A stretch of DNA of 64,000 nt from Dehalococcoidia bacterium (GCA_963666125.1 OY762633.1:120107-184106); one strand, 5' to 3'. Counted from the stretch's first letter, positions 26,848-37,742 are shown. Made by a program: numbers and translations. Notes: generated by a model not told the origin, from the letters alone.

Positions 26848-28503
26848 CTAGACGCCGCCCAGCTCTCGCTGCTCCCCGAACACGCCCCGTAGCATGTCGG
26901 CGACCTCCCCCACCGTGGCGTATGCCTCCACGCACTCGATAATGGCCTCGACGGTGTTCTCGCTTCCCCTGGCGGTGTCCTCCAGGCGGGCCAGGGCCGC
27001 GCGGGTCGATGGGCCGTCCCGCTCGCGCCGTACCCTGACGACGCCGTCAACCTGCCGTCGCGTCTCGTCGGGGTCGATGGTCTGGAGCTTCTCGATGGGC
27101 GGCTCGTCGGTGCGGTACTCGTTGACGCCGACGACTATCCTGTCCTTCTCCTCGACGCGCCGCTGGAACCTGTAGGCGCTCTCGTGTATCTCGCGCATCT
27201 GGTAGCCGCTCTCCAGGGCCGTCACCGCGCCTCCCATGCGGTCGATCTCGGCGATGTAGTCCGTGGCCTGCTCCTCCAGCCGGTCCGTCAGGCTCTCCAC
27301 GTAGTAGGAGCCCGCCAGCGGGTCCACCGTGTCGGTGACTCCGCTTTCGTGGGCGAGTATCTGCTGGGTCCTGAGGGATAGCTGCACCGCGTCCTCCGTC
27401 GGCAGGGCCAGCGCCTCGTCCTTGGAGTTGACGTGGAGCGACTGGGTGCCGCCCAGCACGGCGGCCAGGGCCTGCACGGTCGTCCTGACCACGTTGTTCT
27501 CGGGCTGCTGGGCCGTGAGGGACACGCCGGCCGTCTGGGTGTGGAACCTGAGCATCCACGACCTGGGCTTCGCCGCGCCGAACCTCTCGCGCATGATCCG
27601 CGCCCACATCCTGCGGGCCGCGCGGAACTTCGCCGCCTCCTCCAGCAGGTTGCTCTGGGCGACGAAGAAGAAGGAGAGCCTGCCCGCGAAGTCGTCCACG
27701 TCCAGGCCCGAGTCGACGGCCGCCTGCACGTAGGCGATGGCGTTGGCGAAGGTGAAGGCCAGCTCCTGCACCGCAGTCGCGCCCGCCTCGCGCATGTGGT
27801 ACCCGCTGATGCTGATGGTGTTCCAGCGCGGCGCGTGGCGGCTGCAATACCCGAACACGTCGGTGACGAGCCGCATGGAGGGCTTGGGCGGGTAGATGTA
27901 CGTCCCGCGCGCGATGTACTCCTTCAGGATGTCGTTCTGGAGGGTGCCGTCGAGGCTGGCCGGGTCCGCGCCCTGCTTCTTGGCCGTCGCGACGTAGAGC
28001 GCCAGGAGTATCGACGCCGTGGCGTTGATGGTCATGGACGTGCTGACGCCGTCGAGGGGGATGCCGTCGAAGAGCCGCTCCATGTCCGCGAGGCTGCTGA
28101 TGGGGACGCCGGCCCTGCCCACCTCGCCGACCGCGAGGGGATGGTCCGAGTCGTACCCCATCTGGGTCGGCAGGTCGAAGGCGACGCTCAGGCCGGTCTG
28201 CCCCTGCTCCAGCAGGTAACGGTAGCGGCGGTTGGACTCGGCGGGCGACGTGAGCCCGGCGTACTGCCGCATCGTCCACAGCCGACCCCGGTAGGTGTTG
28301 GGCTGGACGCCCCGGGTGAACGGGTACTCGCCGGGCAGGCCCAGCTTGTCGTCAGGCCCCGCCCCACCCGCGTCCTCGGCGGTGTACACGGTGTCGATAT
28401 CCAGGCCGGAGTCCGACTCGAAGCGCTCGCGCCTCTCGCCGAACCGCGCCTTCACCGGGCCGAGGGTCCGCTCCTCCCACTCACGCTTGCTGCCGCTGGG
28501 CAT
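26848..28503 (-). CDS. Methylmalonyl-CoA mutase, substrate-binding subunit (split form, no B12 domain)
   Basis: [56 protein letters not shown]. Confidence 0.93.
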   Translation of the reverse strand: MPSGSKREWEERTLGPVKARFGERRERFESDSGLDIDTVYTAEDAGGAGPDDKLGLPGEYPFTRGVQPNTYRGRLWTMRQYAGLTSPAESNRRYRYLLEQGQTGLSVAFDLPTQMGYDSDHPLAVGEVGRAGVPISSLADMERLFDGIPLDGVSTSMTINATASILLALYVATAKKQGADPASLDGTLQNDILKEYIARGTYIYPPKPSMRLVTDVFGYCSRHAPRWNTISISGYHMREAGATAVQELAFTFANAIAYVQAAVDSGLDVDDFAGRLSFFFVAQSNLLEEAAKFRAARRMWARIMRERFGAAKPRSWMLRFHTQTAGVSLTAQQPENNVVRTTVQALAAVLGGTQSLHVNSKDEALALPTEDAVQLSLRTQQILAHESGVTDTVDPLAGSYYVESLTDRLEEQATDYIAEIDRMGGAVTALESGYQMREIHESAYRFQRRVEEKDRIVVGVNEYRTDEPPIEKLQTIDPDETRRQVDGVVRVRRERDGPSTRAALARLEDTARGSENTVEAIIECVEAYATVGEVADMLRGVFGEQRELGGV

Positions 28504-28515
28504 GACCGGGTGCCG

Positions 28516-29547
28516 CTAAGAGCCGTCCGGCGTCCAGTCCGGGTCGTAGGCGCCCTGGCGGGCGTAGGCCGTCTGGCAGGCGCGCTCGAAGTATGCCTGC
28601 TGGACGGCCTCCAGGTTGGCGTTGTTCCCGCCCCACGCCTTGAGGGGCGCGGCCTGCAGTCCTCTGCCGTAGGAGAAGGTCAGCTCCCAGGGCGCGCCCT
28701 CCTCGTTGGCGAGCCTGTTGATGGCGTCCAGGTTCACCGTGGCCTCCTCGTCGCCCTGACCGCCGGACAGGAAGGCGATGCCCGGCACGGCCGCCGGTAC
28801 GGTTCGCTTGAGGCACTCCACCGTCTTCTCCGCGACCTCCCTGGCGTCGGCCCTGTCGGCTGCGTCCTTGCCCGAGAGCACCATGTTCGTCTTCAGCACC
28901 GTGCCCTCCAGCGCGACCCGGTGCGTTCCAAGCTGGTAGTAGACCTCGCGGAGTGCCATCTCCGTCGCCTCGAAACAGGCGTCGATGTCGTGGTCGCCGT
29001 CCATCAGCACCTCCGGCTCCACCATGGGGACGAGGCCGGCCTCCTGGCTCAGCGCGGCGAAGCGTGCCAGGGCGTGGGCGTTGGCCTCCGAGCAGTAGCG
29101 GCTCGGCATCCCGGGGCCGATGGCGTAGATGGCGCGCCACTTGGTGAACCGGGCCCCGAGCTCCACGTACTCCTCCAGCCGCTCGCGGAGGCCGTCCAGC
29201 CCCTCGGTGACCTGCTCTCCAGGCGCGCCCGCCAGCGGGTGGCCGCTCTTGTCCACCTTGATGCCGGGGATCATCCCCTGGTCGCGGATCACGTCCACCA
29301 GCGGGGTGCCGTCGCCGCCCTCCTGTCGCAGGGTCTCGTCGTAGAGGATCACGCCGCTGATGTACTCGTTGGCCCCCGCGGTCCTGAAGAGCATCTCCCG
29401 GTAGTCCCTCCGGTTCTGCTCCGTCGACTCCACGCCGATGCTGTCGAACCGCTTCTTGATGGTGCCGGAGCTCTCGTCCGCCGCCAGGATCCCCTTGCCG
29501 GGCGCGACCATGGCGCGCGCCGTCTCGTTGAGCTTCTGGATGTCCAA
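28516..29547 (-). CDS. Class I fructose-bisphosphate aldolase
   Basis: GKGILAADES, GIKVDK, KWRA, VPMVEPEVL, FLSGGQ, TFSYGRGLQ; TTG start after AAGGAGG. Confidence 0.93.
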   Translation of the reverse strand: MDIQKLNETARAMVAPGKGILAADESSGTIKKRFDSIGVESTEQNRRDYREMLFRTAGANEYISGVILYDETLRQEGGDGTPLVDVIRDQGMIPGIKVDKSGHPLAGAPGEQVTEGLDGLRERLEEYVELGARFTKWRAIYAIGPGMPSRYCSEANAHALARFAALSQEAGLVPMVEPEVLMDGDHDIDACFEATEMALREVYYQLGTHRVALEGTVLKTNMVLSGKDAADRADAREVAEKTVECLKRTVPAAVPGIAFLSGGQGDEEATVNLDAINRLANEEGAPWELTFSYGRGLQAAPLKAWGGNNANLEAVQQAYFERACQTAYARQGAYDPDWTPDGS

Positions 29548-29576
29548 CCTCGCCTCCTTACCCGTACGGCCCTCTT

Positions 29577-30563
29577 TCAGCCGCCCTTGATTATCGATAC
29601 GGTCTCTTCCACCTCGCGCCTGCTGCCGAGGATCAGGGGCGTCCTCTGGTGCCGCGCCTTGGGCCGGATGTCGAGGATCGGCTCGGACGCGGAGTACGCC
29701 GCGCCGCCGGCCTGCTCGGCCACGTACCCGAGGGGGTTGGCCTCGTACATCAGGCGCAGCTTCCCCTCCGGGCTCTTCACGTCGCCGGGGTAGAGGAATA
29801 TGCCGCCCTTGAGCAGGTTCCGGTGGAAGTCCGCCACCAGCGACCCCACGTACCTCAGCGAGTGGCTGCCCCGGAGGCTCGCGACCGCCGCCCGCGTGGG
29901 CGCGTCCAGCTTCCCGAAGTTGCCCTCGTTCGTGCTGTAGTATTCGCACTCGTCCGGAATCGTGATCCCCGGGTGGGTGAGCAGGAACTCGCCCGAACCG
30001 TCCAGCGTGAAGCCATTGACTTCGCCCGGCGTGGCCACGACCATCACCGTGCTGGAGCCGTACACCACGTAAGCGGCGGCGACCTGCTCCCGTCCCGGGC
30101 GCAGCAGCAGCGACTCGGTGACCGCCTCGCCCGCGCCGCGCTTCCATATGCCGAATATCGAGCCGATGGTGACCGCCACGTCGATGTTCGACGAGCCGTC
30201 GACCGGGTCCATCTGGACGACGTACCGGCGCTGCTCGTCGTCGCCGATCACCTCTACGCCCTCGATCTCCTCGCTCCCAACCGCCGCGACGCTCCCGCTT
30301 CGCCTGAGGCACTCGACGAATATATCGGAGCCGGCGCTGTCGAGCTGCTGCACCATCTCGCCGTGGACGTTGGTCTCGCCTGTCGCTCCCAGCGCGCCCT
30401 GGATGGCCGCCGCCTGTACCTGCGCCTGCACCTGCCGCGCCCCGCCGGCAATCGCGCCGATCACCGAGTCGAGCCCGGCCAGGTCGTCCCCGGAGCCCCA
30501 GGCCGACTCCATGAAGCCGTCCAGCGTCTGGGTGGCCGTCGATGTGTTGGCGGTGTCGCTCAT
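29577..30563 (-). CDS. fbp: Class 1 fructose-1,6-bisphosphatase
   Basis: SEE, DPVDGSSNIDV, RYVGSLVADFHRNLLKGGIF, GKLRLMYEANP. Confidence 0.93.
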   Translation of the reverse strand: MSDTANTSTATQTLDGFMESAWGSGDDLAGLDSVIGAIAGGARQVQAQVQAAAIQGALGATGETNVHGEMVQQLDSAGSDIFVECLRRSGSVAAVGSEEIEGVEVIGDDEQRRYVVQMDPVDGSSNIDVAVTIGSIFGIWKRGAGEAVTESLLLRPGREQVAAAYVVYGSSTVMVVATPGEVNGFTLDGSGEFLLTHPGITIPDECEYYSTNEGNFGKLDAPTRAAVASLRGSHSLRYVGSLVADFHRNLLKGGIFLYPGDVKSPEGKLRLMYEANPLGYVAEQAGGAAYSASEPILDIRPKARHQRTPLILGSRREVEETVSIIKGG

Positions 30564-30599
30564 CGTCCTCGCTCCTCGCGCTGATTGTATCGCATTCCC

Positions 30600-31814
30600 C
30601 TATTCGAGGTCGTGGGGCTCTTCGCGGAACAGCAGCTTGACCCTGCGCCAGTCCATGGCCGCGAGTCCGAGGGCGATTCCGAAGTAGACGAACGCGAAGC
30701 GCAGGCGGGCCTCCGGGTCCGTGAAGAACAGGTGCGCCGCGAACAGCGCAAGCAGGAGGACGCCCGCATTCCAGCTTATCACCCGCTTTGCGACCAGCAT
30801 CAGCCCGGCGACCGACACCGCCGTCGTCAGCAGGAACTCGATGCCCTGCCGGTCGTCGAGGGGGAAGCTGAGGATCTCGCCCGCCGACGCGCTGAACAGC
30901 ACCGCCATGCTCCCGACCAGCAGGGTGAGCTGGTTCACCTCCGACGAGATCAGCGCCGTCAGCCCGGCGACCGGGTTCGCCCTCAGGGTGAACAGCACGG
31001 CCACGATGATCTCCGGCGCCTCCGAGGCCAGCGGCGCGATCCACTGGATCAGGATGAACTCGTCGATACCGAAGCTCTGCCCGGTCTCGACGAGGCTGTC
31101 GACGAAGGGCTCCGCCGCTACCAGGATGACCCCGGCGGCGAACACGAAGAGGAACACGACCATGGTCCGGCGCCACCTCGTGGGCAGGGAGCCGATCAGC
31201 GCCGCCGCGCCGATCAGGTCGGGCTCCTCGGCCTCCCTGGTGGAGCCGATCCAGAGGTAGGCGACGTAGAGGGCGATCAGGCCCACAGCCAGCAGGATGT
31301 GTACTTGGTGCACGAAGAAGATGATGGCCGTCGCGGCGGTGGCGATGGCGAGCATGGTGATCTCCAGGCCCATCTCGCCCCGCACGTCCAGCACGCGCCG
31401 GCGCTTCACCCAGTAGATCAGGATGACCGCGGACCAGCCGAGCCCGATCAGCAGCCGGTTCGATCCCGTGACGTTCGCGGCCACCCGCGAGGTCTCGTCG
31501 GTGACCGCCCCGGTCGCGGTGTCGAAGGACGACCCTGCGTCCCACGCCAGCACCGCCTCGATGGCGTACTCGGGCAGTATCGCGATCAGCGCCAGTACCG
31601 CGATAGCCAGCGACGCGGACACGTCCATCTCCGCGACCTCGGCCGCCCATGAGAGCAGGAACGCCCCGGCCACGATGCCCAGTCCGAAGACCGCCGCGGC
31701 AACGACCGGGTCCACGTCTATGCCGGAGAAGCGGAGCACGGCCCCCGGGACTCCCAGCAGCAGGAGCACGACGATGGTCGTCCACAGGCGCGGGGCGTTT
31801 AGCTTCTCTTCCAC
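30600..31814 (-). CDS. Na+/Ca2+ (CaCA) exchanger family membrane protein
   Basis: Alpha-repeat motifs ILPEYAIE/ANVTGSN and LASEAPE/ISSEVNQ; many TM helices. Confidence 0.82.
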   Translation of the reverse strand: MEEKLNAPRLWTTIVVLLLLGVPGAVLRFSGIDVDPVVAAAVFGLGIVAGAFLLSWAAEVAEMDVSASLAIAVLALIAILPEYAIEAVLAWDAGSSFDTATGAVTDETSRVAANVTGSNRLLIGLGWSAVILIYWVKRRRVLDVRGEMGLEITMLAIATAATAIIFFVHQVHILLAVGLIALYVAYLWIGSTREAEEPDLIGAAALIGSLPTRWRRTMVVFLFVFAAGVILVAAEPFVDSLVETGQSFGIDEFILIQWIAPLASEAPEIIVAVLFTLRANPVAGLTALISSEVNQLTLLVGSMAVLFSASAGEILSFPLDDRQGIEFLLTTAVSVAGLMLVAKRVISWNAGVLLLALFAAHLFFTDPEARLRFAFVYFGIALGLAAMDWRRVKLLFREEPHDLE

Positions 31815-31976
31815 TCTCCGGCTCTAGGTCTTGCAGGCGTCCTCGGCGGGCAGGCCAAGCCGCGGCGCAGGCGAAGTGTAGTGTCAGGGTGCCATTTGGG
31901 TCAACGGCTACAATTGAGAAGGCGACCGGTTTGCTCTATCATCAGCCCGTGTCCATCATCGCCGCTGGGAGGCACG

Positions 31977-32714
31977 ATGACAGTACCCCTCGACAGCATC
32001 AAGTCCATGCCCGCGTTCTCGCCGTACTTCCCGATGCCGCCCGCGCGCTACCGGAACATGAGGTCCCAGACCGTCTACTTCCGGGCGGCGGAGTCGGCCA
32101 TCGAACGGGTCCTGCCCGAGTGCTTCGACCTGCCGAGCGATCCCGTGTGCATGGCGACGGGCCTGACCGTCCCCTGGTCGGCGAACTATGGCGCGTTCGA
32201 CGAGAGCGTCCTGTCGGTCAGGTGTGCGTACGAGGGCGAGGAGGGCTGGTTCGCGCCGGTGGCGTTCCTCAACTCCAAGTCGAGCATCCCGGCGGGCCGC
32301 GAGATATACGGTACCCCGAAGGTCTGGGCCGACTTCGAGATCGGCTTCGCCGAGCGGGTCATGTACACGAACACCTACGTCGGCGGCGCGTCGATCATGA
32401 GCATCCGCTCCACCATGCACCGGGAGGCCGCGCCCGCCGAGATGCCCGCCGCCGAGCACTCGTGGCGTCTGAAGGTGATTCCCCGCGCCGATGGCGACGG
32501 CCTGGACGTTATGCAGCTGATCGATGGCGCGGACGTGGCCTCCGACAGGGTGGTGCACGTGTGCCGTGCGGGAGACGGCGTCGTGCAGTTCGCCCCCTCG
32601 CCCATCTACGACCTGTCGGACTTCACGCCGGTCGAGTACCTCGGCGCCTACTACGTCGAGGCCGACGTGACGGAGAATTGGGGCCGTATCGTGCGAGACT
32701 TCCTGAAGGGCTGA
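31977..32714 (+). CDS. Acetoacetate decarboxylase family protein
   Basis: AGREIYGTPK, LKVIPRADG; GGGAGG RBS. Confidence 0.85.
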   Translation: MTVPLDSIKSMPAFSPYFPMPPARYRNMRSQTVYFRAAESAIERVLPECFDLPSDPVCMATGLTVPWSANYGAFDESVLSVRCAYEGEEGWFAPVAFLNSKSSIPAGREIYGTPKVWADFEIGFAERVMYTNTYVGGASIMSIRSTMHREAAPAEMPAAEHSWRLKVIPRADGDGLDVMQLIDGADVASDRVVHVCRAGDGVVQFAPSPIYDLSDFTPVEYLGAYYVEADVTENWGRIVRDFLKG

Positions 32715-32740
32715 TACCCCTTGGGCTCGTATTCCAATGG

Positions 32741-32770
32741 TTGACAGAATTCGTAGCTGCAAAGTAGAAT
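32741..32770 (+). promoter_or_regulatory. Sigma70-type promoter for the Lrp/AsnC gene
   Basis: TTGACA-18 nt-TAGAAT in an AT-rich gap. Confidence 0.6.
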
Positions 32771-32806
32771 TGTCACGATAACTCTTACGCAAGGGCCGGA
32801 ACCGGA

Positions 32807-33244
32807 ATGGACAAGCTAGACACCAAGATAATCGAGCTATTGCAGACGGACGGACGCGCGTCGAACGCTTCCATAGCCCGCCACGTCGGGGTGAGCGAGG
32901 GCACGGTCAGGCGGAGGTTGAAGCGGCTGGTCGACGAGGAGTACATCCAGGTCGTGGCGCTGCCCGACGCGGCGAAGCTGGGCTACGAGTCCCAGGCGCT
33001 GGTCGGGATCCAGGTCGAGCCGGACAAGGTCGACGTAGTGGCGGACTGCCTGTTCGAGTTGTCCGAGATAAGCTGGGTGGCCGTCACGACGGGCTCGTAC
33101 GACGTGTTCGCGTGGGCGACGCTGCCCTCGGCCGAGGAGCTGGGCATCTTCCTCCGCACTCGGGTGGGGGCCATCCCAGGCGTGCGCCGCACCGAGACGT
33201 TCGTCAATTTGGACAAGAAGCGGGGCCACGTTATCTCCGTCTAG
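32807..33244 (+). CDS. Lrp/AsnC family transcriptional regulator
   Basis: MDKLDTKIIELLQTDGR, VGVSEGTVRRRLKRL, TTGSYD. Confidence 0.93.
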   Translation: MDKLDTKIIELLQTDGRASNASIARHVGVSEGTVRRRLKRLVDEEYIQVVALPDAAKLGYESQALVGIQVEPDKVDVVADCLFELSEISWVAVTTGSYDVFAWATLPSAEELGIFLRTRVGAIPGVRRTETFVNLDKKRGHVISV

Positions 33245-33275
33245 TCCAGGCACACGGAGAAGCGAGCCACCGCAG

Positions 33276-33303
33276 AGGCCCCCTAGCCAAAGGGGGCCTT
33301 CTT
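33276..33303 (+). terminator. Putative intrinsic terminator after the Lrp gene
   Basis: AGGCCCCCT-AGCCAA-AGGGGGCCT 9-bp stem, weak U-tract (TCTT). Confidence 0.55.
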
Positions 33304-33331
33304 AGTGACCGGCGGGCGCCAGGAGAGAGAA

Positions 33332-35122
33332 ATGCTTAGGACGATCCACTGCGGCGACCTGAGGATAGGGCACGCGGGCGAGACCGTAACCCTCAGCGGC
33401 TGGGTGCACACCCGCCGGGACCACGGCGGACTGATATTCATCGACCTGCGTGACCGGTACGGCCTCGTGCAGGTCGTCTTCAACCCCGAGCTGGCGCCGG
33501 ACGCGCACGCCGCAGCCGAGAGGTTCCGCAGCGAGTGGGTCGTGCAGGTGCGCGGGACGGTCAACTCGCGGCCCGAGGGGACCGCGAACCCCGGACTGGC
33601 CACGGGGGAGATCGAGGTCATGGCCTCGACGGCCCAGGTACTGAACGAGTCGAAGACGCCGCCGTTCGAGGTAGCCGACGGGGCGGAGGTGGACGAGCTG
33701 CTGCGGCTGAAGTATCGGTACATCGATCTGCGCCGGCCCACAATGCAGGAGACGATCGCGCTGCGCCACAGGGTGGTCAAGTACATCCGCGACTTCCTGG
33801 ACGAGCGGGGCTTCTACGAGATCGAGACGCCCATCCTGATCAAGAGCACGCCGGAGGGCGCCAGGGACTATCTCGTTCCCAGCCGGCTCTACCCGGGGCA
33901 GTTCTACGCGCTTCCCCAGTCGCCCCAGCAGCTCAAGCAGCTTCTGATGGTCGCGGGCATGGACAAGTACTTCCAGATCGCCCGCTGCTTCCGGGACGAG
34001 GACCCCAGGGCCGACAGGCAGCCGGAGCACACACAGCTCGACCTGGAGATGAGCTTCGTAGAGCAGGATGACGTGCTCGACCTGATCGAGGAGCTCTACA
34101 CGACGATGATCGAGAAGCTCGTGCCGGAGAAGCGGCTCGTCAAGCCCTTCCCGCGCCTGAGCTACCAGGAGGCGATGGACCGCTTTGCGACAGACAAACC
34201 CGATCTGCGGTTCGGCCTGGAGATGGCCGACCTGACGGATTTGGCCTCGAAGAGCGAGTTCCGGGTGTTCTCCTCCGTAGCCTCCGGCGGGGGTATCGTG
34301 AAGGGGTTCAGCGTCCCCGGCGCCGGGGGATACGGGCGAAGGCAGCTCGATGATCTGGTGGAGTTCACGAAGACGCGGGGCGCACAGGGCCTGGTCTACG
34401 TCGCGATAGACGAAGCGGCGTCATCGCTCGACGACCTGACCGGGGACGACTTCAGGTCACCGGCCGCGCGCTTTCTGTCGCTGGACGAGGTGCGGGAGAT
34501 CGCGGCACGGACGGGCGCGGGCCCGGGCGACCTGGTGCTCATCGTCGCCGGTCCGGCCAAGTCCACGAACATCGCCCTCAGCGCCCTCCGCAACGAGATG
34601 GCGAGCCGCCAGGACCTCGCCGATCCCGACGCGCTTCACTTCGCCTTCATCGTCGACTTTCCGCTCTTCGAGTGGAACGAGGAGCAGGGCAGGTGGGACG
34701 CCATGCACCACGCCTTCTCGATGCCGAAGGACGACTCGATCCAGTACCTCGAAAGCGACCCCGGCAGGGTGATTGCCAACCTGTACGACCTTGTGTGCAA
34801 CGGCGTGGAATGCGCGAGCGGCAGCATCAGGGTTCACCAGCGCGAGCTGCAGGAGCGCATATTCAAGGTACTGGGATACACCGAGGAGCAGGTAGGGCAG
34901 CGCTTCAAGCAGCTCCTGGACGCGCTGGAGTACGGCGCGCCGCCCCACGGGGGCATAGCCCCGGGCATAGACCGGCTCATCATGGTGCTGCTCGGCATCG
35001 ACAACATCCGCGACGTGGTCGCGTTCCCAAAGACCCAGAACGCCATCGACCCGCTGTTCGAGGCGCCCGACACCGTGGAGGACGAGCAGCTAAGGGAACT
35101 GCGCATCAGGATAGTCGAGTAG
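33332..35122 (+). CDS. aspS: Aspartate--tRNA ligase
   Basis: RRDHGGLIFIDLRD, STPEGARDYLVPSR, QIARCFRDED, YGAPPHGGIAPGIDRL. Confidence 0.97.
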   Translation: MLRTIHCGDLRIGHAGETVTLSGWVHTRRDHGGLIFIDLRDRYGLVQVVFNPELAPDAHAAAERFRSEWVVQVRGTVNSRPEGTANPGLATGEIEVMASTAQVLNESKTPPFEVADGAEVDELLRLKYRYIDLRRPTMQETIALRHRVVKYIRDFLDERGFYEIETPILIKSTPEGARDYLVPSRLYPGQFYALPQSPQQLKQLLMVAGMDKYFQIARCFRDEDPRADRQPEHTQLDLEMSFVEQDDVLDLIEELYTTMIEKLVPEKRLVKPFPRLSYQEAMDRFATDKPDLRFGLEMADLTDLASKSEFRVFSSVASGGGIVKGFSVPGAGGYGRRQLDDLVEFTKTRGAQGLVYVAIDEAASSLDDLTGDDFRSPAARFLSLDEVREIAARTGAGPGDLVLIVAGPAKSTNIALSALRNEMASRQDLADPDALHFAFIVDFPLFEWNEEQGRWDAMHHAFSMPKDDSIQYLESDPGRVIANLYDLVCNGVECASGSIRVHQRELQERIFKVLGYTEEQVGQRFKQLLDALEYGAPPHGGIAPGIDRLIMVLLGIDNIRDVVAFPKTQNAIDPLFEAPDTVEDEQLRELRIRIVE

Positions 35123-35179
35123 GCGAGCCGGCCGTTCGAGCCGAGCCCCCGAACCTGTCGCAGGAGGGAGATAGCAGCA

Positions 35180-36211
35180 ATGCCCGTAGTCAAGCACGAT
35201 GTCCTGGAACGAATCGCCGTGGACGTGTTCTCCGCCGCAGGCATGCCGGAGGACGAGGCCGGAATTGTCGCAAGCCACATAGTCACGGCCAACCTGCTCG
35301 GCCACGACTCCCACGGGGTCTGGTACATATCCAGGTACGGCCAGCAGGCCCTGGAAGGCCACGTGGACTGGGGCAGGCACGAGGTCCTGAAAGATGGCCC
35401 GCTGTTCCGCCTGATCGACGGCCACGGAGCGCACGGCATAGTCGCCCTGACCCGGACCGCGGATGCGGCATTCGAGAAGGCGGGCGGCTCGGGCATAGGC
35501 ATGGCGGGCATCCGGAACGTGACCCACATGGGCAGGCTGGGGGCGTATCCCACCCAGATCGCCGAGCGGGGGATGATCGGGATGGTCTGGACGAACACCG
35601 GCGGCCTCGCCGTCGCGCCTTTCGGCAGCGCGGAGAAACGCCTGCGCCTCGCTCCCGTTGCCTACGCGATACCGCGCCGGAGCGGCCAGCCCTTCATGCT
35701 CGACATGACCTTCAGCGTCGTGGCCGGCGGCAAGATAGAGCAGAAGATAGTGCGCGGCGAGTCCATCCCCGAGGGCTGGCTGATTTCCGGGGACGGCGAG
35801 TACGTGACCGACGGGGCGCGCTATCATGCTGGGGAGGCGTCCATACTGGCGCTCGGCGGGCTCCAGTTCGGACACAAGGGACACGGCCTGGGGATGATGA
35901 TGGAGATGATCGTGGGGCCGCTGACGCTGGCGGGATGCACGGACGGCGAGGGCAGGGGAGGAGGCGCGCTCGTCACAGCCATCGACATCGCCGCCTTCAC
36001 CGACGTGGACGCCTACCTGGACGAGGTGGAGGCGTTCGCGGAGTACGTATCGTCCGCCGCGCCGCTGCCGGGCGTCGACCGCGTCTACGCGCCCGGGCAG
36101 ATGGAGGAGCGGGTGAGGGAGCGCCGCCTGCGGGAGGGCATCGACGTGCCCGAGCCCACGTGGGCCGAGATTACGGACATAGCGGGACGCCTGGGAGTGT
36201 CCATTCCTTGA
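35180..36211 (+). CDS. Ldh_2 (ComC/AllD-like) malate/L-lactate dehydrogenase family oxidoreductase
   Basis: GHDSHGV, THMGRLGAY, IPEGW, GHKGHGL. Confidence 0.9.
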   Translation: MPVVKHDVLERIAVDVFSAAGMPEDEAGIVASHIVTANLLGHDSHGVWYISRYGQQALEGHVDWGRHEVLKDGPLFRLIDGHGAHGIVALTRTADAAFEKAGGSGIGMAGIRNVTHMGRLGAYPTQIAERGMIGMVWTNTGGLAVAPFGSAEKRLRLAPVAYAIPRRSGQPFMLDMTFSVVAGGKIEQKIVRGESIPEGWLISGDGEYVTDGARYHAGEASILALGGLQFGHKGHGLGMMMEMIVGPLTLAGCTDGEGRGGGALVTAIDIAAFTDVDAYLDEVEAFAEYVSSAAPLPGVDRVYAPGQMEERVRERRLREGIDVPEPTWAEITDIAGRLGVSIP

Positions 36212-36771
36212 TTGACGAGAGCAAGCTGAGGGCCGCGGTAGCCTCGATGCTCGAGGCTATCGGCGAGGACCCGGACCGCGAGGGGCTGGCCGATACGCCT
36301 CGGCGGGTCGCGGAGATGTACGCCGAGTTCTTCTCGGGACTCGACCAGGACCCCGCGGACGTACTGGAGACTGGGTTCGAGGAGGGCCACCGTGAGATGG
36401 TCGTCATCGCGGGAGTCCCGTTCTTCTCGATATGCGAGCACCACTTCCTGCCCTTCTTCGGCACTGCCGACATAGGCTACGTGCCCAGCGGGCGGGTCGC
36501 CGGGGCGAGCAAGCTCGCGCGGGCGCTGGACATCGTCGCGCGTCGGCCCCAGATGCAGGAGCGGCTGACCGCGCAGCTTGCCGACGCAATCTCCAGCACA
36601 CTGCAGCCGGAGGGTGTTGGCGTGGTAGTCTCCGCCGAGCATCTGTGCATGACGCTGCGAGGCGCACGAAAGCCCGGGAGCCGCATCGTCACTTCGTCCC
36701 TGCGCGGCACATTCAGGACCGACGAGTCGGTGCGGCGGGAGTTCGACAGCCTCAGAAACGGTGATTCTTGA
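36208..36771 (+). CDS. folE: GTP cyclohydrolase I
   Basis: GEDPDREGLADTPRRVA, SICEHHFLPF, RRPQMQERLT, EHLCMTLRG; TTG start overlapping upstream stop. Confidence 0.94.
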   Translation: MIDESKLRAAVASMLEAIGEDPDREGLADTPRRVAEMYAEFFSGLDQDPADVLETGFEEGHREMVVIAGVPFFSICEHHFLPFFGTADIGYVPSGRVAGASKLARALDIVARRPQMQERLTAQLADAISSTLQPEGVGVVVSAEHLCMTLRGARKPGSRIVTSSLRGTFRTDESVRREFDSLRNGDS

Positions 36772-37742
36772 TCGTAGACAGCTTCCCAACCATCGAGGAG
36801 GCGGAGGCCGCGTGGGAGCAGGTCCTGGGCAGCAGCGCCGCCGCCACGCTCTTTCTCACTCCGTGGTGGCAGAAACTATGGTGGAAGCACTTCGGGGGTG
36901 GCTCGGAGCTTGCGGTGTACGTGGTGAGCGACGGGCCGCGCCCCATAGGCGTGGCCCCGCTGGTGCGCTCAAACGGCGTGGTGGAGCTCCTTGGGGCTAC
37001 GGATCTGTTCGACTACCGGGACTTCATCTTAGAGCGCGGCCGGGAGCAGGACTTCTGCGCCGCTCTCCTCGACTACTTGTCGCGACGGGAATGGCACACC
37101 CTCAGGCTGGAGTCGGTCAGGGAAGGTTCGCTGACCATACAGGCACTCGGCAGCGCCGCACAGTCCGCGGGCATGTCGATGGAGATGGAGCCGGAGGACG
37201 TCGCCCCGGTCGCCGTCCTTCCGAAGACGTGGGACGAGTACGTGGCTGGCCTGTCTAAGAAGGACAGGCACGAGCTTAGGCGCAAGATGCGGCGCCTGGA
37301 CGGGGCAGGGGAGGTCACCCGCCACGTCTGCGCCTCGACGGACCAGGTGCCGGGCATGATGGCCGACTTCCTGCGGCTCCACAGGGCGAGCAGCCCGGAC
37401 AAGGCAGAGTTCATGACCGCCGAGCGTGAGGCGTTCTTCCTCGACGCGGCGGGAGAGGCCGTGCGCCGGGGGAAGCTCAGGCTGGAGTCGGTCGCCCTCG
37501 ACGGCAGTCCCGTGGCGTCGTGCCTGGGCTTCGACTACGCGGGCGCGTTCCTGCTGTATAATAGCGGGTACGACCCTGAACATTCCAAGCTCAGCGTCGG
37601 GATAGTCAGCAAGGCGCTCGCCATCCGGGGCGCGATTGAGTCGGGAGACAGCGTCTTCGACTTCCTGAGGGGCTCCGAGGACTACAAGTACCGGCTCGGC
37701 GGGCAGGACCGCCAGGTCTACCGTGTGCTGGTTCGGCGATGA
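36768..37742 (+). CDS. GNAT acetyltransferase, CelD/BcsL-like
   Basis: LFLTPWW, WDEYVAGLSKK.R..LRR, YNSGYDP, FDFLRGSEDYK. Confidence 0.85.
   Translation: MIVDSFPTIEEAEAAWEQVLGSSAAATLFLTPWWQKLWWKHFGGGSELAVYVVSDGPRPIGVAPLVRSNGVVELLGATDLFDYRDFILERGREQDFCAALLDYLSRREWHTLRLESVREGSLTIQALGSAAQSAGMSMEMEPEDVAPVAVLPKTWDEYVAGLSKKDRHELRRKMRRLDGAGEVTRHVCASTDQVPGMMADFLRLHRASSPDKAEFMTAEREAFFLDAAGEAVRRGKLRLESVALDGSPVASCLGFDYAGAFLLYNSGYDPEHSKLSVGIVSKALAIRGAIESGDSVFDFLRGSEDYKYRLGGQDRQVYRVLVRR

Noticed and set aside
26848..28503. Mutase as pseudogene or non-methylmalonyl variant
   Set aside because: Split large-subunit genes are common, and the Tyr (RQYAG) and Arg (YIARG) specificity residues match methylmalonyl-CoA mutase
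29548..31785. Apparent 745-aa N-terminal extension of the aldolase ORF
   Set aside because: Off-frame overlap of fbp and the exchanger; real start is TTG 29547 with an AAGGAGG RBS
33245..33331. T-box riboswitch upstream of aspS
   Set aside because: Gap is only 87 bp and lacks the GGTGGNACC T-box motif; a simple hairpin explains it
35132..35165. Fourth copy of repeat family X after aspS
   Set aside because: Only patchy similarity (CGTTCG..CCTGTCG); cannot be supported by eye
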